Positions 13,401 through 26,000 of a stretch of 64,000 nt of DNA are shown here, piece after piece. A model generated the notes under the pieces. The model had not been told where the DNA came from. It did not search any database and was given only the letters and a program-made list of their open reading frames with translations. A program made the position numbers and the translations under genes. Source of the DNA: Podarcis pityusensis. Lineage: Eukaryota. The stretch lies in assembly GCA_964106645.2 (NCBI GenBank), contig OZ067049.1. One strand, given 5' to 3'. Position 1 is the first letter of the stretch; each line of letters opens with the position of its first letter.

Positions 13401-15812
13401 AGCAGGCAGGTGCCAGAACCAGAGGAGCCGCCTGCTCCCCTCCCCAAATAACAACTTCAATGCACCACTGACGTCACCAAACTTTGGCAGAGAAGGTTGG
13501 GCCAAAGTTTTGGAAGGCGGGAGGGGCAGCAGAGCAGAGCCTTCCGCACAGGGTGACAAGGCGTCCTCTTCAGCACTGCACTAGAGGAGCTTTGACAGCA
13601 GCCTTTCTCAACCTGTGGGTCCCGAGATGTTGTTGAACTACAACTCCCATCACCCCTAGCTAGCAAGGCCAGAGCTCAGGGGCGGTGGGAATTGTAGTCC
13701 AACAACATGTGGGGACCCACAGGTTGAGAACCAGTGTTCTACAGGATGCCTCATGAAGCTTAGGCTCCATGCATCAGGCTCACTCCTGGCAGAGGGGGAA
13801 AGAGTGACTTTGAGCATGAGCAAAGTGCCATTCTTTTTCCGCCATGTCACCTGACAGCAGCCAAGCTTCTCTCCCCTCCCCACATTCTGTTTATAAGACA
13901 ACCCCCAAATTTTGACTGAAAAAAACCAGGTAAAAACATCGTCTTATACACAGAAAAATACAGTATATTTGTTTCTTGATGTAAAAAATAGTTCACACTG
14001 CACCTCAGAATGTTAATTTAAGACACACAGCCCTTTCACTATGCACTATTTGTAACAAGAAATGCTGGAATGTTGGCTTGTAGTTACATGCCAAATCTAC
14101 CATTATTTTACATATGATTTTGATTGTACGAAACTACTTGGTAGCGAGAATAGTTTCAAGGAAAGATAAATTGGCTGGTGGTGCTAGTATGGAGGCATGC
14201 AGACTTCTGAAATTTCTACTTTGAAGCACTCTGGTATTTATTCACAGGCTAGAGAATCCCTAGGGATCTTTATTTTTATAGAACTGTTGAAACAGCAGAA
14301 ATAAAATGAGAGCAAGATTTTTTAAAATTATGAACTCTCTTCTCCTGCAACTGATAAAACCTTATTACTCTGGAATGGCTTTTTGAGTTATTTCTAACTT
14401 GCCAGAGACCACTTGTTAATGAAAGAGAAATCTCTACTGAATTCTACCCACCTCCAAAATGCAGAACAGTAATAATTAAATAGTTGTACAATGTCAAGTA
14501 TATGAACTGTAGGAATCAACCTGACCCCCTCTTTTTGTAGTTTAACCTTATAAAGCAAAAAACAATAATAGACAAACGGGTATCACAGTAGTACCTGTTT
14601 CAGGAAAGGTAGATCACTGAAGGATTTCCGTACTCCACTGCCCAGAACTACGACTTTACAATGAGAGCACCACTGTGACCTCAACCCTGAACCATCTGCA
14701 ACATGTGGACTGTGTGCCTTATAGCCTGCCAAGACTTAACAAGAACACCAACAAGTTACAAAGTGTCATTCTGAATAGAGCATATGCATTACTTCAGTGT
14801 AAGTATTAACATGGGCGTGCGTGTTCCTCCAAATAATTTATCCTGATTTCATTTTTAAAGCACAATTTCCCTACAACTGTTGCACAGCAACACACCTTCC
14901 ACCACTGTGGACCTACTTTGCCCTTCCCCTTCATACCACCCTATTCTTTTTACAGTGCTTCTATTTACACATTTTTACATTGCAGTTTAATGTGACAAAA
15001 TATCTGCCGCTGGACAACGTTCCACAAGTATGGGTTTTGCCTAGTCACTCTCACCAGAACATGATTCGTATTACTGAGGAGACAGAAAAATGAAGCACAG
15101 TGTCATTTTCTCACCTTGGATTAAACTCTTCATTGCCACCTTTTCTAAAAAACAACTACAATTAACAAAACCGAAAGAAGATATATCCTTACTCACCGTT
15201 ACCACTTGGGGGAAATGGCATATTATGTTGTTTGAGTCCGTAAGGCCCTGTTAGTCCAGGAGGCCCTACAGTGCCTGACTGAGGACCGTGAAGTAACAAG
15301 TGCTGCCTGTACTCAAAGGCTACATTTGCTCTGTGAGAGTTCATAATTCCCAGAGAGGATGAGACATCTGGTGCACTGCTCACTTCATAACTGTTTGGAA
15401 TTCTGACATGCAGAAGATTGGAAAATGCAGCCACCACACTGCCAATATTCTAGAGTGGGAAAAGGAAAAAGGACAAGTGCATAGCATCTTTTTTCTTCAT
15501 CACATATTTAAAAGAGGACTGCACTGAAATGGAGCAGTGCATGTTTTGCAGAACAACCTCCCCCCTCCCCTGAATGCTCTCGTCCAGTTTTGGGGTGGGA
15601 GGGATGTAAAACAGGTCACACATTTGCACACACTCCAAATGGCGGACTGAGGGCAATGCTTCCTGGGCTCACTTCTGTTCAGCTTAATGACAGTAAATTT
15701 GACTGACTGCCTTATGACGAAACATCAGCACACTAGCTACGTGATCCCTGATTGGCTGGGATTACATTAGTAAGAAGCCCTTGTTTTCTTTTTTTTAAGA
15801 AGGCACCTAATC

Positions 15813-15869
<57 letters not shown>

Positions 15870-18800
15870 ATCAAGGAAAGCAGCTGCTTCAAAGAGCATG
15901 TGATAAAACAAGGAAATTGTGAATTTGTGAACCCAGCCCTCCACAATCTAAGTAAGTGTCTTTTTCTTCAAAAAACTGTTTGCGGGAAGTATTTCGGTGC
16001 AGATTTACAATTTAAAGAAATGGCACTGAAACTAATAACCAGAGTTTACAACAACTGTTGTACTGCAACACAAATAAAATAGCCATAACGTCTGCAGGAC
16101 ATGGGGCACAACATTGTCACAGATACATGCAGCTCACTGGAACTTTCCTTACCTCTGCAGCTGTGGGATGTAAAGTAATTGCTATGGATACAAGGCCAGA
16201 TTTTGGACCATTTTGAGAAGGACCAAGCTGAGAGCCAAAGAAGCCAGAACCAGGCTCTGTTTTGATGTAATTCCTTTTTTCTTCTGAACCTTCAGTTAAA
16301 GGGAGAGATACAAAATTAAACATGCATGGAATGGAGGCACATGAACATGCCAGTGGGGAAATTAGTAGAAACATCTAGAAAATATTTTGGCAATACCTTT
16401 TCCAGTACTGGCAGGTAGAATTGGAATGATGGGGGATGGAACAGGTTCGGGCATCTCTTCCTTTACTGCTGACAGATCAGGGTATCTACTTATTTCCATG
16501 CCCATTACACTCTCGGGAGAGGAGGAAGGAACAAAGCTGTCAGGAGTGTCTCTGTCATCACAAGGATCCTGAACCCTGAGAGGGAAAATAATTGGAAATG
16601 TTTTTCACATATAGATGTGTAAAGTGGAAATGGGTATGTTTAGCCTGGTAAAGAGGAGACTGAGAGGAGATATGATAGGCATCTTCAAATATTTTAAGGA
16701 CTGTCACATGGAGGGTGGAGCAAGCTTCTTGTTTTCTCCTGCACCCATCCAATGGATCCAAAAGTTACAAGGAAGGATATTCCGACTAAACCTCAGTAAG
16801 AACGCTCTGACAGTAAGAGCAGTTTGACAGTGGAATGGACTCCCTTGGAAGGTGGAGGACTCTCCATTGTTTGAAGTTTTTAAGCACAGGTTGGATGACC
16901 ATCGGCCATGTATGATCCAATTTACCTGAATTCAATAGGACTTACTTCTGAGTAACATGGTTATTTAGAATTTAGCAGCATCATGGAGCACCTAAGATAA
17001 CAGATACCCAACACAAAGCTAAAAATAAAAATAATTAGAGAAAATATCTACCTCAGCTCTTCATGATTGTTATGAGGTGGGGTTGGAAGAGAAGCAGGAA
17101 CATCCACACTTTTAGGACCCTGAGCCATGGCTCTGGCTAACAGATCATCCTGTGGTCTGAAAGGCAGCTGAAACTGCTTCGGTCCCAGAGCTTTGGTAAC
17201 TGAAATGCAGCAAGAACAGAAAAAACAAATGACCCAAATATTCAGTGACCTATAAAAGGGGGCGGGGAATCAAAAAATGGATCCTAACTTCAGCTTATAC
17301 TTCTTTTGTTTTACATTTAATTAGACTTTCAGTCAGTAGCCGAAGTTGTGAAAATCTGCAGCATTCTCATACAAATGAAAGGATGAGGGAAGCTCATGCC
17401 CACTTTATGAGGACCAACAATATAGCTATCTATACTGGCCATGTATATATTATGTAAGCACAGAATATGCACAAAATGTTCATCAAAGTTGTTCCTATAC
17501 ATTTTGTGAGGAATGATAACAAAAAGTCAAAACATTCTGCTGTAAAGTGGATTTCAAATCTGAAAAAAGTAAGTAAATGGTTTTCAGACAATCTGAAAAC
17601 TGAAAATGTATACTCTGGCATACATGTGAAAACTTACCATCATGCCCTCCAAGCATTCCAGCCTTTGTAGCAAGTTCTTCAGTGGTTGCAAATCCATTTA
17701 CCATTTTTTGGCAAGTCACAGGTGGAGGTGTAGGAGGGAGGGAGGCCGGAGGAGTGGGAGGGTTACTCAAGTTATTCTGCTGCAAAAGAGGAAATAATTT
17801 AAAGTTAGCTTTCAGCAAGTTTATCTGGTACGTGATAAGTTATGTATCTTATGTACAAAAGGTCCAACAGAATGAACGTAATTTTTATTTTACAACTGCA
17901 CATACATAATGCAACTATTTATCTACCATTCACACTGGCTTGGTTCAGATGCAACACAAAACCTGGTTTGGTGCTATGAGAATGAATCTGGAAGGATAAT
18001 ATACTAAGAATAAGAAGTTAATTGCTGGGTTTGGGGGTAAACCATAGCTTACTATTATATCTAAGCATTTCACCTGCAAACCAGGACTGCAAGCTTTGAT
18101 CAGCTTTGATTTTGCATGGCAAATGCAAGTCATAATTTGCAGGTCACGTTTGGAGTTATGCCTGAACTGAGGTGACTGGCTTGGTTCACACATCACTCTT
18201 AGCCAAACCACAGCTTAGCATAAACACATGTGTGTGGGTTCTGGACAAGAAGATTGGCTGGGAAGGAACAAAAAAAACCCTCATTCTGCTGCAGCACATG
18301 GATTGGCCTTAGCCTGTCATCTGCAGCTGGGCTTGTGGTTTATCTCTCTCCAGACTAACTACAAGTAGTAAGCAAGATTTGCTCCATGGTTTATGGCTCA
18401 CGGTTTGTTCAGGAGAACTGAACCACATGCCTGGGTTTGGATGACACAGGCCTTAGTTCAGTGCAGGGCAGCAGAACAACAGAAGGACCAGTGGGGAGCA
18501 AAGCAACCACAATCCCCTCTATGGGAGCCCACATGCTCATATGTTTGGGCTAAGCTGATGCACCATAGCCAAGGAGATCCTCTCATCAGTCACCACCTAT
18601 CTAAAGGCTTCCTCAAACTCGGCCCTCCAGATGTTTTGAGACTACAATTCCCATCATCCTGACCACTGGTCCTGCTAGCTAGGGATCATGGGAGTTATAG
18701 GCCGAAAACATCTGGAGGGCCGAGTCTGAGGAAGCCTGTGGTAGAGCATCTGCTTTACATTTCAATTTATGGCATCTCCTCTCTGGGAAAGTCCCCTGTC

Positions 18801-19990
18801 TGAAACCCAGGAGCGCCTTTGCCACTCAGTGTATACAATGCTGAGCTAGATGGACCAATGGTCTGACTCAGCATAAAGCAGTTTTCTGCCTCTAATAAAT
18901 GGAGTGATACATACGAGAAAGGAAGGACAGTCACTATCCTTCAAATTAAGCAGTCCTTTATGACTTCAAATTATTTTGTGTTTGCATTGTGCTGGGAATT
19001 TTGTTTAAAAAATAACTTTAAAGGTTAGGATTACAACCTTCACAATTGCATCAGTTTGAAAAGATAGTTATAGAATAAAAAATATTTACAGTGTGAGTAA
19101 TGGGTCACATCCAATGGTGTGGTTCCACTACGGCATTAGATTTCCACTTGTGCATCAGAACTGCGCCCCCCCCCCCCCATGTCTGCCAGTATGGGAGGGG
19201 AAGTCCCGTTGCACAAGCAGAATTCTGTTTTAAATATGCCTCACCACTTTCCAGTGAAGAACAACAATAATAAAGTTGGCAATGGGAGAACAAGAAAAAT
19301 GAAATCTTTTAAAATCCAGCATGTCTCATGAAACACCATGGTATAACTACTACTGGATCCCAATGTTTTGTTTCGTATAGAACATTTGGAGAATCTATGT
19401 AGAAAAAAAATACACCTTGTAGATTAGCTGAGAATAGTAATCTGATACCCCGTCAAGCGTTGCACTACCAAAGCTTCCCAAAAGGCGATTTCCACTATTC
19501 AGATGGCCACTGCCATAAGGAAGAAAGTGGGCAAAACTCACTCCAATTATCGGCTCCATTAGAGGCAGCAAAGAGAGTTGCTGTAGGAAAAGATGAGTAG
19601 TAATTATTTTTCACTAGCAATATGCAACAATGAACTGTAAATTTCCACTCAATTACACTAAGATGACTGTAACCATTAGAAGCCCAAGGTTTTTTAAAAC
19701 TCATTTATTGAACACTAGCCTTGAGGATAGTCCTTCAAGCACTTTACATAAAGGACTTCAGACAGAATCACAGAAATGTAGCGTTGGAAGGAACTCAAAG
19801 GTCACCTAGTCCAACTTCCTGCAATACAGGAATCACAGCTAAAGGAATCCCTGATAGACTGCCATCCAACCTCTATTTAAAAACCTCCAATGAAGGAGAG
19901 TCCACCACCTTCCAAGGTAGTGTCCGTTCCATGGTTGAACAGAGTTCTTCCTAATGCTTAGTCAGAATCTCTTTTCTTGTAATTTGAAAC

Positions 19991-20021
<31 letters not shown>

Positions 20022-23000
20022 TTATTATTTATACTCCGCCCATCTGGCTGAGTTTCCCCAGCTACTCTGGGCGCCTCCCAACCGAATATTAAAAACACAG
20101 TACAGCATTAAACATTAAAGACTTCCCTAAGCAGGGCTGCCTTCAGATGTCTTTTAAAAGTAAGATAGCTGCTTATTGCCTTGACATCTGATGGGAGGGT
20201 GTTTCACAGGGCAGGCGTCACTACCGAAAAGGCCCTCTGCCTGGTTCCTTGTAACCTCACTTCTCGCAGTGAGGGAACCGCCAGAAGGCCCTCGGAGCTG
20301 GACCTCAGTGTCTGGGTTGAATGATGGGGGTGGAGATGCTCCTTCAGGTATACTGGGCTGAGGCCATTTAGGGCTTTAAAGGTCAGCACCAACACTTTGA
20401 ATTGTGCTCGGAAACGTACTGGGAGCCAATGCAGATCTCTCGGGAATGGTGTTATATGGTCTCGGCGGCCACTCCCAGTCACCAGTATGGCTGCCGCATT
20501 CTGGATTAACTGCAGTTTCCGAGTCACCTTCAAAGGTAGCGCAACGTAGAGCGCACTGCAGTAGTTCAAGCACTGATTTGTCTCCTACCCTTCAAAGGAG
20601 AAGAAAACAAGCTTGCTCCACCTTCCCTGTGACAGCCCTTCTGATATTTGAAGATGACTATCATATCTCCTTTTAGTCTCCTCCAAGCTAAACATACCCA
20701 ACTCCTTCAACTGTTCATCATAAGGCTTGGTTCCCAGACCCTTGATAATTTTGGTTGTCCTGCACACTTCTGCACACATTCCAGATTGTCAATATCCTTC
20801 TTAAATTTTGGCGCCCAGAACTGGGGGGGCTGACCAAGGCAGAATAGATTGGTGCTACTACCTCCCTTGATCTAGACACTATACTTCTGAATTCCTTTAG
20901 CTTTTTTGCTGCTGCATCACACTGCCGACTCAGGTTAAGGTATGGAATTACATCCTTTCATGCACTCTTCCTGTGAGGTAAGCAGGCTTTACCAATACAT
21001 TTTTACTCGCAGATTTTGCTCTCAAATAAAATAAACTAACACCATCAGGACAGTGGCTCTCCAACCGTGGAGCACAGCAACTGTTTTCCAACCTTCTATT
21101 AATGATAAATGAACAACACACACATTGTTTTAAAAGCTTATTGCATAAAATTTAAAAAAGAAAGAAAGATGTTTTCATGATGATTTGGAAAGTTGCAATA
21201 GTTCTGCCTCTTCTGTCTCACCTCCAAGCCTTATTATTTTTACCTACCTTCCATCAGACACTTTCTTCGTCTTTTATGCATTAGCCCTATGGCTTTACCA
21301 TGTGTCTTTCACTTTGCCATTTCTCAGTCTCCTTGCTTTCTTCTCCATGATCCTGGCTGTATTCTTTCATCAACACTCCCAACAACTGTGAAAATTCACC
21401 CTAACTTTGCTCAGCTGGATGAGTTATCTGAAATCAACTAACATGAGCTGCCTGGTTTTTGATACATGAAGCCCCCTTGGGGGGTTCCTTTTGAGAGAAT
21501 TACAAAACTGGACCATTGGAAGAGACATCTAAGTGGGCATGGTGGCATCAAAACTGTGCTGACTCACTCATTTAGAGACAATAAAAATATATGCTGTCAC
21601 ATTCCCTCAGTGTCTTTTATGCTTCTGGGGCTTCTAGTCATCATTCTGAAATATGACATGAAAGTATACATGGAGACCCTATGCATAAGCAATCCCTAAA
21701 ACACTGACATTATGTTGCAGGGGGCAACAAGTCAAATATGTCAGCACCATCATGCATCACAATAAATGTAGATGTGCATTGTAGGCAAATATTAAGTGTA
21801 CTTAAAAATGTAAATACGTGTATTTCTAGGTTATCAACTACTGTGAATAAACAAGCATATTAAAAAAACCCCTAAACATTACGGTGCTCAGTATAGTCAG
21901 TGACATAATATATCTTCAGTCTTTAAGCTCTTTACCCCTTCAGTGCTCACCTGTTTTAACTGCATAAATGTTTCGGTGTTAGGATAAATAGCATGCTTTT
22001 CCTCTTCCTCTTTTTTTCTCTTCTTAGATCGAGGTGCTGCCTTCTCACCCGCCCTCTGAGTTCGTTTATTTCGTTGTTTTTTCATTTCATGTCCTAAATC
22101 TGCTCTCTGAAGCTGGCTGTTACCACATCCAAATGTACCCTGCAATGGATTCCCTAATGATTGCTTATGGGGGGCGGGAGGGAAATGATAAAGATATATC
22201 AGTTCAAATCACTTAGTTTAACATTTTGTTTTGTATTCGTATAAAGCAACATATAATGCTACTATACATTTGGCATTACTTTATTAGTTTATTATCTATA
22301 ACAAGCAAGACACCCACCAAATGGTAAGAACACGACTATGAAGATGAGCATGGAGGCAAGTGCATCTTTCCTCCCCTGTTCCAAGGAGGTTTTGCCCATC
22401 CTTGTCTCTAAAATCCCAAGCTTTCACCATATCCTTAACACTGTCTGCTGCCTTACCTGCCCCTTTCCCTTATGCTTTGTCACCTTAGCTACTCCCTTTA
22501 AACACTGCCTTCCTTCCTCATTTCCTGGGCCCCAAGCTGATATTGCTACACCTTTCATTACTTTAGCTCCTGCTTACTCTAAAGTGACTTTCCAAACCTC
22601 CTGCTTTTTTCTGCCTCCATATATCTTTGCTATCTCCTCAGCACTCTTTAATCAGGCACCCAGCCTGCTTCCCTTCAGCCTTCAAGAAGGGGGTCTGATA
22701 TGAGGAAAGGGAAAAGACTGGTCTATTGGATGCCAATGTCGCACAATCACTTAAATCTGCATACTCATATAGCCTTGCTGTAGCTCTGCTTACAGTAGTT
22801 CCTAGTAGGAATATTGGTGGGGATCTTTGTCCCAGGTGCAAGGTTACAGGCTCCTGAAACATTGCTTATCAATTCCAGATCTCCCTTTCCTTTTGGCAAT
22901 ACCCATCCTACCCTGGCTCTTAAAAAAGCAGTACTGAAGGAGAAGGTGGACAGAGACTCACAAATGTTGCAGATATTTTTCTTCCTATTTTATGTATAGG

Positions 23001-26000
23001 TTTGAATGCTTTTTTGTTACTGCCCAAATTTAAATGATAAATATATGGGAAATGCAGAAATCATAACTCTTTGAGGTACAGACAACCCCCTCACTTTTAG
23101 AAAAAGCTAAACAACAATAAAAAAGAAAGCACTACAATTACCAGTGACATTAATGATTTTAGGAGGGTGAAGAGAAACAGAGGGTGAAGTTTAGAAGTAT
23201 ATAATTGCACCCATGCTAGAGAAATGCCACCCTTTCTATGTGATTCCTTCCTGCCCTAGTATTTTTGTTAACATGTTGTTTTGCTTAACAGTGTCCAGAG
23301 GCTCTTGACAGGCTGCAATAATGACAAAGCATACACACCTAATGAAATCAGAACCCCAGCATTCTACAGTAATATTTCACAGACACAAATAAGCTCTCTG
23401 ATCTTAGATTCCAATAATGTCAAACCAAGAATCACTGTCATTAAAAATTATAGCTTTTAAGTTCGAATACAAAAGCCATTTTAAAATTATCAGTATAGTT
23501 TATTTACATACAAACAGAGTGCTAATGGCAGCAAAACCTTCCAAGCACTGGTTTTATCCAGTTTTCAAGAATATTGTGCAATTATCAGTTCACAACAGCA
23601 GGTTTCTCTCTGGGAGGCGCAAGAGTTTATGAATTTACAAGAGTGACTCCCTGGAAGATATGCTAGCTATGAATTACTAAATTGGCTGTCAAAATATATT
23701 ATTCAGTGTTCAGCATGACTATAGTTATTCTTTTTAAGATGCAGAATATCTTCATCAATGAATATCACTAGTTTATTACTGTGCTCAAACTAACTTATTT
23801 TGAGTAAGTGTGTGACTCAAGTGCTAAAAAAACCCCTTAAAATCAGAAATACAAGAACTTTTGCCGTTCCTTATCTAATATAAACAAATGACTGCTTTAT
23901 GATAGTATCTGTTCAGGGACCATAATTCAGCATGTCAAAGGAAAACTGAGGTTTATAATTTTCCATACAATCTTAAGCTTCTCCTCACATCTAAACTGGA
24001 TATTCACTAAAACAGTTGCTTGCGAGTAGCTCTGTATATTTGTCACGTGTAAAGGCTGGGATGCTGCAACTATGTATTCAAAGGCTGTGGCATTTGCCTT
24101 TGAATCATGCTTCTCCATTTCCTGCTTTACTTGATGACCTCTAGAGGGGGTGAAAGCCCATATACAGAACATTGTGAAGGAGGAACATGTTCAACCAGTA
24201 CTGCCTTTGTTTTTTTTTAAGGGCATATCCTTAGCAGCTGGGCTATTTTAAATTTACAATAAATTTACAATAAATACACAATGCTGCATCATTTCCAATA
24301 CCCCCTAAGTGTGGATGTTAATAATAAAAATTGGTTACCATGCTGCCTTCCATCGGATCCCGTTTCCCCACGAATTTGCTCTCCTTAGCGCTCTCTTCTG
24401 ACTGTAAGCTGCTTTCTGCTTTCTGCTTGAAAAGAGAGGCAGATTTTTTGTTCTTAAGCAAGTGTTTGAGGAGTTCGTTCCCTGATTCCCCTTTTGCTGC
24501 TGGAATGCTGTCAGGTTGTGCCTGATTCTGCAAAGAAGGGGAAGGCTGCACAGTAGCTTTCTCCTCTTCCACTTTAATGCCATTTTCATTCTCCATCTTA
24601 GGCTCAGCCTCACTAGGGCATTGATCAGCGCTTGTCTTTTCCTGATTAATTTCCTGAATGCTCATAGAAGCCTCTGTCTTGTCCTTGTCTGTCTCCTGGT
24701 TCATGCCTGGCTGCTCAGGCAATATGTTTTGTGGCAAATCAGTACTGGAGAGCTGACTTTTCAATTCTAAGGAAGACTGACTCTCTGCAGCATTTGGAGG
24801 TGATGAGCCTGGCAGCTCCTCTGCCTCCGATTCTCCTGGATGCCGTGAAAGTTCACCAGGCGTGCTAACTGTTGGGGTGGAGACAGCGTCTGAAACAACT
24901 GGAGTTGGGGGTGCAGTTATATCTGAATGTGGGGTTGATGGGGTATTTACTGACTCAGCATCGTCCTCTTTCTTCTTCTTTCGGGTTCTTTTCTTTTTGC
25001 CCTTCTCCTCTGGAATGATATCAGAATACAACTGGATGAGAGACTGACTTGTTCCAGGAAAGTTTGTTCCATGGGGCATGGCGTCCTGACCACAGGGGGG
25101 ACCACTGCCAGTTCCAGGAGAAACTCCAGGCAGACCAGTGGCAAACTGAGGCCGAACCTGGTACTGTGAAAAGCTTCCACGTGGCTGCTTCACAGAATGG
25201 AAAGGGGGACTTCCGTCTGGAAGTGGGGGAGGATCGGGAACAAAGGAGGAAGATCCCACTGGCTGCCGCTCACTACACTGCGGAAAGCTGGAAGGAGGTG
25301 GGGAGTTTAGAGGTCCTTGCTGCATAATGGGTCCCATCTGCTGCTGTTGGTGCTGTGGAGATTGCTGAGGAGGCCGTGGAGGCCGCATGAAATCACAAGG
25401 TAGGTCTGAATTGAAGAACGGTATTTGAGGCAAAGGAGTTCTGGCATTTAATTCTGAGCCCATTGTACTGTGCTGTTCCATTTCCATTTTCTGCTGCAGA
25501 GCTCTCTGCCGATCCACCTCCTGCATAAGCTGAATTCGTTGCCTTTCCTGCTGCTCTCGCAAACGCTCCTTTCGCTCACGCTCTTGAAAGCTTTCACTAA
25601 ATGGGTTGTTGTCATCGAACTCTACACGTGGTGGTGGCCCTGACTGCACATTTGAGCTAGGAGCTGACACAGAAGTGGGAGTAACAGGATTCACCGGCAA
25701 CTGTGCCATTGGCGGCTGCATCCTTGGTACATTGTGTGGGATGTGTGCTGAAGCAGCACTGGGCGGTTGCCATCCAGGCAAACTTGGCATTCTGGGTGGA
25801 TTGGGTTGTCCAGGAACAACTATAGCATGCTGTTGATGCTGAAGCTGTTGAGATACCATTGGGAAACTCTGCTGACCCACTGCTGGTGGAGATCCTCCTG
25901 TGACCATTGCAGGCTGAGCAGGCATACCTGGCATCATTGCATGGGGTCCCATTCCACATTGTTGCTGCTTAATCCGATATTCTTCAATGAGTTCTGCATG

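Noticed and set aside
20204-20779. Two ORFs as independent genes
   Set aside because: They are L2 and CR1 ORF2 remnants
24331-25836. Multiple + strand ORFs over large exons (also 10732-11563, 32223-32474)
   Set aside because: Antisense shadows of GC-rich coding sequence
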